DNA of 64,000 bases from Mesotaenium endlicherianum (lineage: Eukaryota), in contig WELA01001462.1 of NCBI GenBank assembly GCA_009602735.1, positions 84,523 through 148,522 on the forward strand, in the 5' to 3' direction. Below are positions 13,952-25,668 of this stretch, one piece after another. The position numbers and the translations under genes were made by a program. The notes below the pieces were generated by a model, which worked only from the letters and a program-made list of their open reading frames with translations, had not been told where the DNA came from and ran no database searches. Positions within the stretch are counted from its first letter, which is position 1; every line of letters begins with the position of its first letter.

Positions 13952-15345
13952 ATGACTGGTGATGATAAGGATGAAAATCCTAAGTTCAAGTTGTCAAGTG
14001 TTTTAGTGGACGAACCAGTGGAAATAGTCTCACTTTCGAAGAGTTCGATGAGATCTATTGGGCTGATTTCTTTGAGAGAATCCGAAAGGATTTTTCTTAC
14101 ACTCTGTCAGTCGCTTTTATAAGCTTGGTTTAGTACTTGGACAAGGATGCCTCGTTGCTTTATCACCAATTCCGGAAGGATGAGAACCTTACCCAGGAAT
14201 GGGCGTTTGACGAGCAAAAGAAGGCGAGGGATTTAAAAATCCAGAAAGAGGCTGCGAAAGCCCGCCTGTCCGCTTTGTCATTAGGAAGAGCGATACCTGC
14301 TGCACCTGTTGAGAGCATAGACTTAGCTGCACTAACACAAGAATTAACAGATGCCATGAGGCAACTCACCGAGGGTCAGCAGCGAGCCGCTACTCGAGAT
14401 GATGATGCTGGGTCTGTCGCAGAATTGCGTAAAGTGTGTGCAGAATTGTCTGAAAAGATTGCTAATGCTCAGGAACGAGCAACGCGCAGGGCTGCACCTT
14501 TTACAGGGCAGCATGGTGATAGTGCCACCACGGAAGCAAGCCATGCGCAAGCGTTGGCTAGTTGCCGTAGGGATATGGAGGCTGGGAATGACCCGTTAGA
14601 CTCTGAGCACTGTCTGCGTCGTTTCTTTAAGTTGCCTGAAGCAAAATTCCCAAAGGATCGCAGTCTTAAGGTGCACCGTTACGTGCATTTTGTCCGTCGG
14701 AAGAACGAGACAGTGATGGAGGTCAAATTTAGATTGGTAGACCTTGCCAAGAAGGCACGAATCTATGAGCCTAGGATTGTGGCTGACAAATTCTTATTGT
14801 GTTTGGGTAAAGACACAGATCGGGAGGTCAGGCCTCACCTATCTGCGAAACGCGGAATCGACTGGAACATCGACGAGGCTGTTGAAATAGCACGCAATGT
14901 CAAGGAAGGTAAAGTCTAGTACAAGGAGGCTTCCAGGACGCTTATGGCTCCTAAGAGAAAGGAGGAATCCTTTCAGCCTAAGGCCAATAGCTCTAATTTT
15001 TAGTTTAAGAGAAAGAGCGGGTCTTTCAATAGGTTTGCTGAGCACGCCAACACTGCTGAGACAGCACAGAGCTGTTGGAATTGCGGGAAATCAAGACATC
15101 AGAAGAGAGATTGTCCGTACCTGGATGCTAAGCAATTGTTTGCTAGCAAGGCGCAGGTATGCGCGCATTGCAGCAAAAAGGGACACTCATAAGATGAGTG
15201 TTGGTCCAAGAACCCAAATCTGAAGCCACCATGGGCTAATGCTGCCACGAAAGAGGCAGATAAGGGTAAGAAAAAGGAGAAGATAACTCTGGTAACCGAA
15301 AGGGTAACCAGAAGTATGATGCTATTAGTGCAAAGATTGCAGAGT
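13952..15345 (+). pseudogene. E1 gag, disrupted by stops and frameshifts
   Basis: ORF 14137-14919 plus two CCHC knuckles, CWNCGKSRHQKRDC and CAHCSKKGHS*DEC; homologous to E2 gag. Confidence 0.85.
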
Positions 15346-16470
15346 TGAAAGCTCAATTTGCAAAATTAAATGTGCCTAATGTCTATTATGATGCAGATGT
15401 GGCCAAAAAGACCGTCTGCAAAGGCGACAAGCTGACGCCTGAGAAGGCCGTGGCTGCAACGGTTGCGGAGCGCGCAGATCATGATCGTTTGGTTCCAAGG
15501 AATGCTGGGAAGCTTCCTCAGACCTTTCGGATCGCTCTCGATGAGAACGAGATTGCGCAGCTACGACAAGCCAAGCCTGGGCCACGCAAGACATTTAGTT
15601 TTTCGCTAGAGAAGCTGAAGGCTCTGGAGGAACACCGGATTCAGCACATTCCTTGTCTTTCACTCGCTGATCTGCGTCTTACGTATCCTTTCACGGTTGA
15701 AGAAGTCGGACAGCAACTGGACATAGCTGAGGAAGGCGTAAACAGCGCTTTGCTGCCTACTAACTTCAGCACTGTGAGAGTGCAGAACAAGGATAGAGTT
15801 TTGACATTCAACGACTGGGCCGCTCCCAATATCCTATTGGACATTGGCGCACAGCCAGTAATCTTGGGAAAGCAAGTTGTGAAAGCTCTGGGATTGACGG
15901 CAAGGGACCTGAAAGAAAGTCCTTTTCAGTTGAGGAATGCATCTGGGCAGATTTCAAAGTCTTGTGGAATTACCCTCAAGCCTGTGAAAATCACAGTAAA
16001 CTTGGGGAAACCTGAGGAGGCGTCACTGCTCATAGAATGCACGGTGACAGAGGCAGAGAACTATGATGTTCTCTTGGGGACAGAAGCTCTGATTCCCCTG
16101 GGTATGGTCATCGACCTGCGGAAGCAGAGGGTGACTTACCAGTCGACAGATCGGCAACCGACAGGAGAAATTCCTGTAAAAATGGTTTGCTCGAGAGAGG
16201 CGAACTACGGACTGCTAGACTGTTGTGTGAATGACCGGTATCCAGACCATTATGACCTCATCATGCAACGCAAAGAGGAGGGCTACACCAGCGTCAACAT
16301 GCCGACTCCCTTGGTTTGGCAACCTCGGATTATGGAGCAACTGGAAGCTGTGAGTAACAGGGACCGTGGCCCGCAAGAGCTGCTGCCAAATCCTTATCCA
16401 ATTAAGTCTGCTGCCAATTTGATGCCTGGAGTAGACCTGCTGCCGCAAGGCATTGTGAGGATGGAAAATC
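15345..16470 (+). pseudogene. E1 linker and retropepsin aspartic protease
   Basis: ILLDIGAQPVILG (D[ST]GA-like active site) and YDVLLGTEAL motif in ORF 15345-16505. Confidence 0.85.
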
Positions 16471-16475
16471 CTTTT

Positions 16476-17460
16476 CGCAGGAGAGGAGTAGTAGTGCTGG
16501 AATAGTTTGCCGGACTTGGTCTTGGAACCATCTCACTGATTCAGCGAGGTATCCAGGTATCTAAAGTGCTGTATGTGGACAATGATGAGAGTGCTTTCAC
16601 AGCATTTTAAGAAGGTCATGAGTCAGATCCGGCAAATGCATCATTTCAAGGCGTTGGTGCCTACTGACTCTAGTTTGGTGCGTCTTGCTGGAGGAAACAT
16701 TCTCGATGTGAAGTCTGAGGACCTTTATGGTAACATGATTGACTAAATCTTTGTGGGATTCCCTTGTCAACCTTTCTCGCAAGCTGGGAACAGGAGGGGA
16801 TTCAATGACCCGCGAGCACAACACTGGGGATGGATGGTGAAAATCATCGGTATGCTGCGAGAACGCCAGCATCTCTACCCACCAGTGTTTGTGATTGAGA
16901 ATGTACATCCAGGGATGGATTACAACCAGATGAAGCCAGGAGATCCACGGCTGGTCTTCGACTCCACCCTGGGTCATCATGTATTGATCAACGACGCCAA
17001 GCACGGAGGACTCTCACACCAGGCCAGACTATTCTGGACCAACGGCATGTCCATTGAAATCCTGAGGGAGATGGAGGAGATTACGCGGCGCTCACCAACA
17101 GCAGTATCTGTGGGAGAAGCACTGATGGTGGAAACCAAGCCAGTGATCAGGAGGGATTCCTACCCACAGTACGTCGTCAACAAGTCAGGCCGNTCAGGCC
17201 AGCCAAGGGTGGTGCTGCCCACCTTCACGACATACCCAGGATCACGCGCATTCGTGAATGGAGGACCAGGAATGGTCAAGAATGCGCACGACATAAAAGC
17301 TCAGTGGAGAGAGCCGACAGCTGAAGAGAAGGGTAGGAGCCTGGGGGTACCCAACTCCACAAGAAATTGTTGCGATGGTGGGACAGGACGACGCTGGGAA
17401 GATATTCGGCAATATGATTGGGTATCACTCCATGACGTGGTTGGTGGAGACGATTATGAC
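16476..17460 (+). pseudogene. C5-cytosine DNA methyltransferase domain embedded in the E1 polyprotein (DNMT3-like)
   Basis: Motif I VVLE*FAGLG (16506-16520), II YVDND, IV GFPCQPFSQAG, VI FVIENV, VIII QARLFWTN, IX REPTAEEK, X IFGNMI; contains stops and frameshifts. Confidence 0.9.
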
Positions 17461-19199
17461 TTGGCAGCAGATGACATTCTCTGACAAGCCTATGCCCAGG
17501 CCAAGACCAGTAACAATTGGAGTCCATGTGGTGCTAACCTCTGATCAGAGAGCTATCAGGGAAGCGCAGCAGCGACAAGAAGAATATGCTGTTGAAGTAC
17601 GCCAGTGCAATATTGACGAATGGGCCAAAGAATGCACTCAGAATTCAGGAAATTCTGGAGGGTCTGGAAAGACCATTTGCCTGGAGGTGATCTTTGAAGA
17701 ACGCAGGAAGGAGACGGTCGAGAGATTGCCCGCCAAACCTGTTCTGATGAGCCCAGAGCCAGAGGCCAAAGGGCAACCACAAGACACAGATGGCAGCACA
17801 GCTGAGTCGATCACCAGGCGAATCATGGAGCAGTTGCTGGAAGCAGATGCCCCTTGACTCAAGGAAGAGAAAGTGGCAAAAGCAACTCGCGCTCTACAGT
17901 CAGCCATCATCAACATGGCGAGGCTCAACACAAGAGGGCATGAAGAACCGCCGCCTCCTGGAATAGAGAAGCCGAAGGAGGGAGAGGATGCAAAGATGCA
18001 AGGCCTCCTAGAGTTGGAGTTGCCATCACTCAACAATGGAGAGGAAGCCAGGGAAGAAATTCCACGTTTTCCCACGCCAGACTTGGATCTGCTTGACTTG
18101 CAGGAGTTGAGGACATACAACTGGGTAGCTGACCACCTGATGGGGCCAAGCCCGGCAGACCTTTATGAAGAACTAAGGTCACCAACATCCAGTAACCCTA
18201 CTGCCAGTCTTTCAGTGGCAGAGCCCAAGTCAACCGGACGACCGCCGCAACAGCAGAAGGTGACTGCCTGCACTGCTAAAGTGGAGACAGCGCAAGGTAA
18301 GCCCAAGGGTCGCGCAAGCAGACCAAGGAAGGTGGCCCGTGAGGGTAACGCATCTTTTAGGAGGATGCTAAAGCGATATTTCAAGCATAAGGGGAAGGCT
18401 CAGAGAGAGGGCGCTCCGCGAGGAACCACAGCCCTACCTCCTCCGCCTCTGCGGGATATTCTGCAGAGAGAGGAAGAGGACGGCTTGATTCGCAGGGCAA
18501 TGGCATTGGACATTAGTGTGCCGCCAGGCATTAACACGCCTTTGTTGCAACTATCAGATCTTAGGATGCAGAGGCCGGAGGCACCTGCTCCCATGAGAAC
18601 TGCAATCCCAGAATGGGAACTGATGGATCTGAGAAACACCATCAGCCGCTTGACCGCAACAGATGATGCTTTCCTCGCACAACTAGCGGCACCTCAAAGG
18701 CCGCAAACATTGGCGCAGGCATGGACGGTCACACCACCCGCAAGGGAGGAGTATGGCACGACCGTCGCCCGCATGGCTATTATTGAACGAGAGTGGGGCT
18801 GGGTAATCAGCCCTAGGACAGATACTGCAGGTTGGTCAGTGGCAAACCAACCCCGGCCACGTGAAGAAGGAGGAACCGGGACCAGTTGCACTGCAGTCGA
18901 CGAAGAAAGGTTCCTGAGGCAACCCATCCGGAGGCGCCTGACGTACACCTCACAGCAAGAAAGGCGACGCGTCATTGGGAAAGGTAAAAAGCCTAGGAAA
19001 CAGGCTGCAAAGCCTATGGCAACGGAGGAGCAAGCTGCAAAGCCTGCTACCCTGAGAGCCAAAATCAGGCAGAAAAGCCTGAGGGCCAGGATGAGGGCGA
19101 AAAGCCCCCACCTGCACCCAAGGAGTAGCAACTACTGGATGCCTTTGTTGGGGAGAAGCAACCTGAAACTGAGACTTTTGCCATTGGGAACATGGTCTC

Positions 19200-21830
19200 A
19201 GCCCAGCAGAGAGCACAAGTAGAAAGGTTGCTGAAGAAACACCGCAAGGTGTTTGCTTTTACTAAGGAGAAGATTGGTAGAACCACTGCCAGTGTGTGTG
19301 AGATTACCCTAACTACTGATAACCTAGTCAGACTTGGGCCGCATAAGCTCAGTTAGACAGAGTGGGACTGTGTGGAGAAAACTTGCGAAGAGCTGCATAA
19401 GCTCCGCTTGATTGAAAAATCTACCTAAGTGCATGGGGCTCCCACAGTAGTAGTCGCTAAAAAGGACGAGGTCGGCAATTACATTGCCACTCGTATGTGT
19501 GGAGATTACAGGCGACTGAATCTCTACACGGAGTTAGACAGCTATGTGATGCCTACGCCGGAGCGGATCTTTGCGATTGCCACCACCGGGAAGGTGTTCA
19601 GCATCATCGATCTGCGCCAAGGCTTCAACCAGATCCCTGTGAAGATTGAGGTAAGACCGCTTTCTGGGCTCAAAGGGAACTTTGGCAATGGACAGTAATG
19701 CCATTTGGGTTGAAAAATGCCCCAGCCATATTTCAGAGGACTATGGATAAAGTGCTGGAGGGGCTGGATTTTGCTAAGCTATACATTAACGATGTGGTAG
19801 TATTCAGCAAGCCCATAGAGGAGCACCTCGAGCACTTGGAACAAGTGATCCAGCACCTGGAGAAATTCCAGATGAAGCTGCATCCTTGGAAGTGCAGATT
19901 CTTTGAGGCACACGTGCCCTACCTAGGACATGAGATTGGGAACAATGCTATGTCCCCTCAGGCTATGAAGACTGAGGCTATTTACAAGATACCTGCACCT
20001 GCGAATGTGTCTAAGCTGAAAGCTCTGTTAGGGCTAAGCGGATACTATCGTAACTTTGTAAAGGATTATAGCAGAATTACTGTAATGAATCAGCTCATTA
20101 TTTATTTATTTAATTGCATATATAAATATAATACTAAATAAGTATTATGTCAATATACTCACATGTGCGAGTTCATCTAAATGAATGTATGTCGATGTAA
20201 TGCGAGTTTACTTACTTTGTCAAAACTGTCAGCAGGATGACTTTTGTATCACAGTATAGTCTCCTGACTTGTTGAGAAGGTCAGCAGGATGACATTTGTA
20301 TCATAGTATAGTTTGCTGAGATTTGTATATCAGTTATATATAGGATGTAATATCAGTAGGTTGACATAAAGTAAGCTCTCCTCATATTAGTCAGTCAGTA
20401 TACTTAGCTTCAGTACGCTGAGGATAGATTATTATTTATAGATTGGCACATGTGACCGTAGTATACTGAAAGTCGGAAGGTCGACTGAGATTCGGTAAAC
20501 CAATGTCCTACTAGTGTGGTTAACTCCTGGGTGGGCGGAGCCGTCGTCAGTCAACTGAACAATTAGGACTTCAGTCAACCGACCAAGTAATATGGTCGTT
20601 ATACCTAGATCCGTGAGTCCCAACTTAACGGGTTTCCCACGAAACGGCGCACCTTGCGCCGTGGTCAACCAGGTGGTCACTAGGTACATAGCTGGCTGGG
20701 ATCTCGTGGTCCCTCATTCTGGACAGTAGGCTTTACAGTCGGATTCCTACTTGCAAGTCATGTGTGCACTTTTGGGTTCGTTCTAATGACCAGCCTTCAC
20801 AAAAGTTGACATGGCTGCGTTGTCTGCGCTCCAAATGGAGCGAGCTAGGACTTTTCTGAAAGGTCTCGTCAAGATGCATCCGTTGCCGTTAAGTTTGCTC
20901 AATTTGGAGTTGTATTGGCAGAGTTATGCCCTCTGACATTTTGGGGTCACATAGCGGACAGATTCCATGGTTTTGCACCTAAGTCAGTGGGAAGTGTTTT
21001 AGCTACATAATGGTCACCTGAATGAGAGCGCCTTTGCTATTCAGTCCCCTGATGTTGTGCATGTGCTATACATGCTTGGATGCCCGGTAGGCAAGAGGCC
21101 ATGAGTTTCTATAAGAGAAGCTCAAGTCCTCAAGCTCGCCTCTTACTTGTGCCTCGTGTTAGTGTGCAACTATGGCGCACTACGGTAAATGAGTCAAGGG
21201 GTGTAGATGAGTACATGGAATTCATTATAAGGGCAAGATCGCTCCCTGATTTCACACGCTTCCACCTATCTCTGATCTTATATATTTAAATGAAATATAT
21301 TAATCTTGAATAAGCAAGATTCATTTCAATTGCTAAACCCATGACGGAACTTCTGAAAAAGGATGTGCCTTTTGTGTGGACAGAACTTCAGGAGAAAGCC
21401 ATGAACGAGCTTAAGGAGCGGCTGGTAACAGCCCAAATCTTGCGAACGCCTAACTACTCCAACCTTTTCAATCTGCACACTGACTGGAGTCGTGTGGGAA
21501 TTGGCGCAGTGCTCACTCAGGCCGCAAGCCCTAGAGAGGAGTATGTCATTGCCTATGCCTCACGCTCTAACAATCGAGCGGAGAGCAACTACTCGTCCTA
21601 CAAAGGAGAGCTGCTGGCAGTGGTTTGGGCTGTCACACACTTCAGAGAGTATCTGTGGGGAACACCCTTCACGCTGATCACGGATCACTCACCATTACTA
21701 TGGCTGATGAAGAATGGAGACCTCACTGGTAAGTTGGCTCGCTGGGCTCTTAAGCTGCAAGAGTACCAAATGACGGTGGTACACAAAGCAGGAGTGCTCA
21801 ACAACGACGCCGATGGACTCAGCTGGAACC
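19200..21830 (+). pseudogene. E1 reverse transcriptase-RNase H, split by solo LTR 20081-21328
   Basis: RMCGDYRRLN, IDLRQGFNQIP, MPFGLKNAPAIFQR, LYINDVVVFS (YxDD mutated), LHTDWSRVGIGAVL, ELLAVVWAV, TDHSPL, NNDADGLS. Confidence 0.95.
20081..21328 (+). mobile_element. Solo LTR (family C) inserted in E1 pol
   Basis: TGTAATGAAT...ATTCATTTCA inverted ends; TSD ATTAC/ATTGC; removal restores DYSRI-AKPMTELL; homologous to 25669-26930. Confidence 0.92.
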
Positions 21831-22129
21831 CAGACCCATCTTCAGATGATAGAACAGGAGCTCGAGAGGACGAAGATCCGAGCAGCCCAGCAGAGTTGGT
21901 GGCCTGCCTAGCCAAAATGGCTGGAATGGTAGCATCAGGTGAAGCTGAGCCTCTACCCCTGTTCAGTCTAGAGATCTGGAAAGATTAAGCTACTATGCAC
22001 TGGCTGAAGATGGGAACTCACTTGGAGGGGCTATCAGTGAAGGAGAAGGACCAGGTAAGCCATCGAGCTAAAAGGTTTTGCTAGAAACGCAACAACCTCT
22101 TCAAAATTGAAGAAACTGGTCAGGAGAAG

Positions 22130-23426
22130 TTAGTGCCAGAACCCATCAGGAGACGAGCTCTTGTGCAGGAAATGCACGAGAACACTGGACACTATGGTGT
22201 CAAGAAGACGTATAGTCTTTTGGAGCTGTCTTACTGGTGGAGGGGCATGAAGCAGCAGTGTGAAGATGTGATCAAGACCTGCCAAAGCTGTGATCGCGTC
22301 AAGGCTGGTTTTACACAGCAACATCCACACTTGGAACCTTTGCCAATCATGGGCCTAGGCTACCACTGGAGCTGCGATCTCGCAGGTGAGCTACCGCTGT
22401 CTAAGCGAGGTAACAAGTATATCATGGTCGTGATTGAGCATTTCTTCAAGTGGATAGAGGTCGTGCCTCTGACTGCTAAGGAGAGTCTAGGGACCGCGGA
22501 AGCACTCCTCAATGGTGTGATTGTGCGTCATGGAGCTCCAGCATAAGTGCCAAGGGTCTGAGTTCCAAGGGTCTTTTCAGAAACTCTTGGATAGATGCTT
22601 CATCGATCATCGCACTACCTCTAGAGATCATCCGCAAGCAGATGGTCTGGCAGAATGGATGGTGCAAACCATTAAGTCTGCTTTGCGCTAGTTTTGCCTT
22701 GAGCATGACAAGCGTGACTAGGATCTGGCCCTGGCATGGCTGGTTATGGGTCACAGATTTAGCAAGCAGGCTGCCTTGGCGACTTACCCGCCATATCAGA
22801 TATTGTTTGGCAGAAGTCCAGTAGTGCCCAGCAGCATCAAGCAGGAGATTGAACAGGTGAAAGACATGGACAGCCCTGATGAACTGCTAAAGGTGATGGT
22901 ACGTCGTAAGGTGTTATTTGAGCGCATGATGCCGGCTGCGCTGGACAATCTGAAAATTGCGCAGAAAAGAGATACGCAGCGTTACGCCAGGACGCGAGAC
23001 GAGAGCTACCGCCTGCAGATGACGCAGATTCAAGAAGGAGACTTCGTCTACCGCAAGCGCCAGACCAAGACCACCATCGACACCAATTCAGGTGCAGTGA
23101 TCTTACGCGTGAAACATGCGTTTGATAATGGTGTGTTAGAACTGGAAGGTTCTGATGGTAAAACCATGAGAGACCACGTGCAGAATTGCTCGCTATGCCA
23201 TTTGCCAAATATTGATCCTACGGTTAGGGTTGTGCCCAAGGAATTGGTGCCAGCCACGCCTTGTGCCAGCTGCAAAGTGCTGGATGATCAGGAAGCAATG
23301 GTAACTTGGCATAAGTGTGGTGCCCGTTGGCACACTTTCTGCATTGGCGAGGAAGAGATTATGGCAGGACGATGGGAATGTCCTGACTGCCTTCCTAAAC
23401 CCCCTAGCCGCAGGGCTGGAAAATAA
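22130..23426 (+). pseudogene. E1 DDE integrase with C-terminal PHD finger
   Basis: HHCC (HENTGHYG..CQSC), WSCDLAG, IEHFFKW, HPQADGLAE; C-terminus CASC..(W)HKC..WHTFC..GRWECPDC. Confidence 0.92.
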
Positions 23427-23461
23427 TGGCTTTCAGCAGAAAAGGCAGGGACGCCTCAGCT

Positions 23462-23473
23462 GAAAGGAAGGGG
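23462..23473 (+). promoter_or_regulatory. E1 polypurine tract GAAAGGAAGGGG
   Basis: Purine run shortly after the pol stop and directly before TGTAAG, the start of repeat B1. Confidence 0.85.
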
Positions 23474-23777
23474 TGTAAGAGGAATTAAGGCAAGGCAAGT
23501 ACTTTTAAAATTTTCTGCTACGTCTTAGGATAAGCAGATGGTGAGAGCTGGGTGAAGGAGAACATTGCTCTGAGTGTTGGTCATGGTTGCATGGTGCAAG
23601 TTCAGGAGCCCAGGGATGGGTCAACCTTGGTAAGGCTTGTCACCGACACACGTGCGAAGGTCGATCGACCATGTTTGCCCACACGTGAGGAGGGCCACCG
23701 ACACATTGACTAGGTCGAAGGCACACGTGCTGGAAGACTACGCACGTGCCGAGGGACCGACACTGTTAGGCACGACA
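23474..23777 (+). repeat. E1 repeat B1 (304 bp)
   Basis: Near-identical and equal in length to 25036-25339; ends GGCACGACA. Confidence 0.95.
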
Positions 23778-23779
23778 GC

Positions 23780-25035
23780 TGTCGCGACTACTATCCGTTT
23801 GACGGTGCCGCACGCGCAGTGCAAGCTACGGCCACCCAGGTACAAAATGTCAACGTTGACTCACCGACCACTTGACTGATTACGTCGCAGTCAGCGATTA
23901 TGTCGGCGTCAAGACCACTGGCAAGGGGTCAACGTCAATGTGCCCCACACCCAGGGATGGGGGAGGTTTTGACAGCATAGACAGCCGCGAGGCTAGAAGC
24001 TGGGGATCAGTGATGAGCGGCCCAGCAGGTACCAAGTCGGGTACTGTGTGACTGGCAAATTAAGCCAGGTCATGGCCGCAATGCCAAGATAGGTTACGGC
24101 CGCCCGGTTGGGAATCTTGAGCAAGTGGCATTTGCTTGTACACGCCGCTCAGGAGTTCTTAACCATGAGCCAATTAGGCGTGACTGCCAGCTGAGAAGCT
24201 AAGCAGCCACGCGCAACAGTCACGAGGTGTGCATGCATGCTGAGTGACTACGAGTTTGAGTTGAGCATGGCTAGGCAGAAGCGACATGCAGCTAAGCTTT
24301 GTGACTAAGCACGGCATTCTCGAAAGATGACGCTGTGTGGTGCCTGCGAAAGGCACGAATCTTGCCTGAGACATGTCATTCACTCTCACGCACTTTTGCC
24401 AAGAAGCAGAAGGAGCAGAAGGAGCAGAAGGAAGGAGAAGAAGGGCGCGAAGAAGAAGAAGGAGTTCCCAAGGCCATTGGAGAGCCGAGGCCCCACGCTT
24501 CTGCCGACGCTGAAGATTCTTCTCAGTGTATCATGGATAAGTTAGGATTGTAGGAGTTCCCAAGTGAGAATCTCACTGTTGAAAGTAGGAGCACTGCAAA
24601 ATAGAATCTGCTAGGAGATTAGCACAGATTCGGCCAAACGCCACAAGTGTGTGTGAAGCAGCCTTAAAATGGTGAGTTGTGTGTTAGTTTCCAAGTTCTC
24701 AGAAGTCGCATTCGCATCTCGAAGAGAGAGGGTAGTGTTGGCAGATAAAGCTCTCAGTGAAGAACTGAGTGAGCCTAGCCTGGCAGTGAAGAGCTGTTAA
24801 GGCGCGGTGTTAAGTGAAGAGCTTGACCCAGGCCAGCAGAGACAAGTAGTTTCAGAGTTTTGTAAGCTGTGACTTTGTGAAAGTTAAGCGAAAGCCTGAA
24901 GGGCAATTTTCTCTTTATCTGACGTTGTATGTCAAGCTGCTTAGAGTGTGATTTCTGCAAACTACAATTTGCTCGCCTGTGAACCCAAGAACCTTAAGGC
25001 ATAAAGCCTATGTGGAAATAAGAGACTTCCGTCCT
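23780..25035 (+). repeat. E1 repeat A2
   Basis: Copy of 12608-13852; joined to B1 by GC, forming the palindrome CGACAGCTGTCG. Confidence 0.95.
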
Positions 25036-25339
25036 TGTAAGAGGAATTAAGGCAAGGCAAGTATTTTTAAAATTTTCTGCTAAGTCTTAGGATAAGCAGA
25101 TGGTGAGAGCTGGGTGAAGGAGAACATTGCTCTGAGTGTTGGTCATGGTTGCATGGTGCAAGTTCAGGAGCCCAGGGATGGGTCAACCTTGGTAAGGCTT
25201 GTCGCCGACATACGTGCAAAGGTCAATCGACCATGTTTGCCCACACGTGAGGAGGGCCACCGACACATCGACCAGGTCGAAGGCACACGTGCTGGAAGGC
25301 TACGCACGTGCCGAGAGACCGACACTGTTAGGCACGACA
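25036..25339 (+). repeat. E1 repeat B2 (right terminus)
   Basis: Copy of B1; ends CACGACA followed by the TTAA TSD. Confidence 0.93.
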
Positions 25340-25668
25340 TTAAGAACGTATGCTTGCCGCGACATTAGGACGCCAATTAGACGTCACCGACATAAGGCCC
25401 CGAGCTCACCCTAGAGAGCTCCTTTGGATAGAAGATATAGGATTGAATTACAATCAAGTTTTTGACTATCGATGGTAAACTTACTTTTGACTATCAATGT
25501 CGCGACTGCTATCCATCTGACGGTGCCGCGCGCGCAACGCAAGTCACGGCCGCCCAGGTACGAAAGTCAGTGTTGACTTCAGTTCCATCAATTGACCACC
25601 GACAGGTCAGCACTACTTCAGGCCACGTGTGAACTTGCCCAAAGCTTAGGTCAAACCCGACGTTCAGG

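Larger units (their letters stand above)
12608..25339 (+). mobile_element. E1: Ty3/gypsy retrotransposon carrying DNMT and PHD domains, permuted repeat layout A1-internal-B1-GC-A2-B2
   Basis: Termini TGTCGCG...CACGACA; TSD TTAA at 12604-12607 and 25340-25343; domain order gag-PR-DNMT-RT-RH-IN-PHD. Confidence 0.93.

Noticed and set aside
25036..25339. Reading B2 as the start of E2's 5' LTR (simple tandem elements)
   Set aside because: B2 is near-identical to E1's B1 but unlike E2's B; it ends in CA plus the TTAA TSD matching 12604-12607, and E2 has its own TCAA TSD starting 155 bp later.
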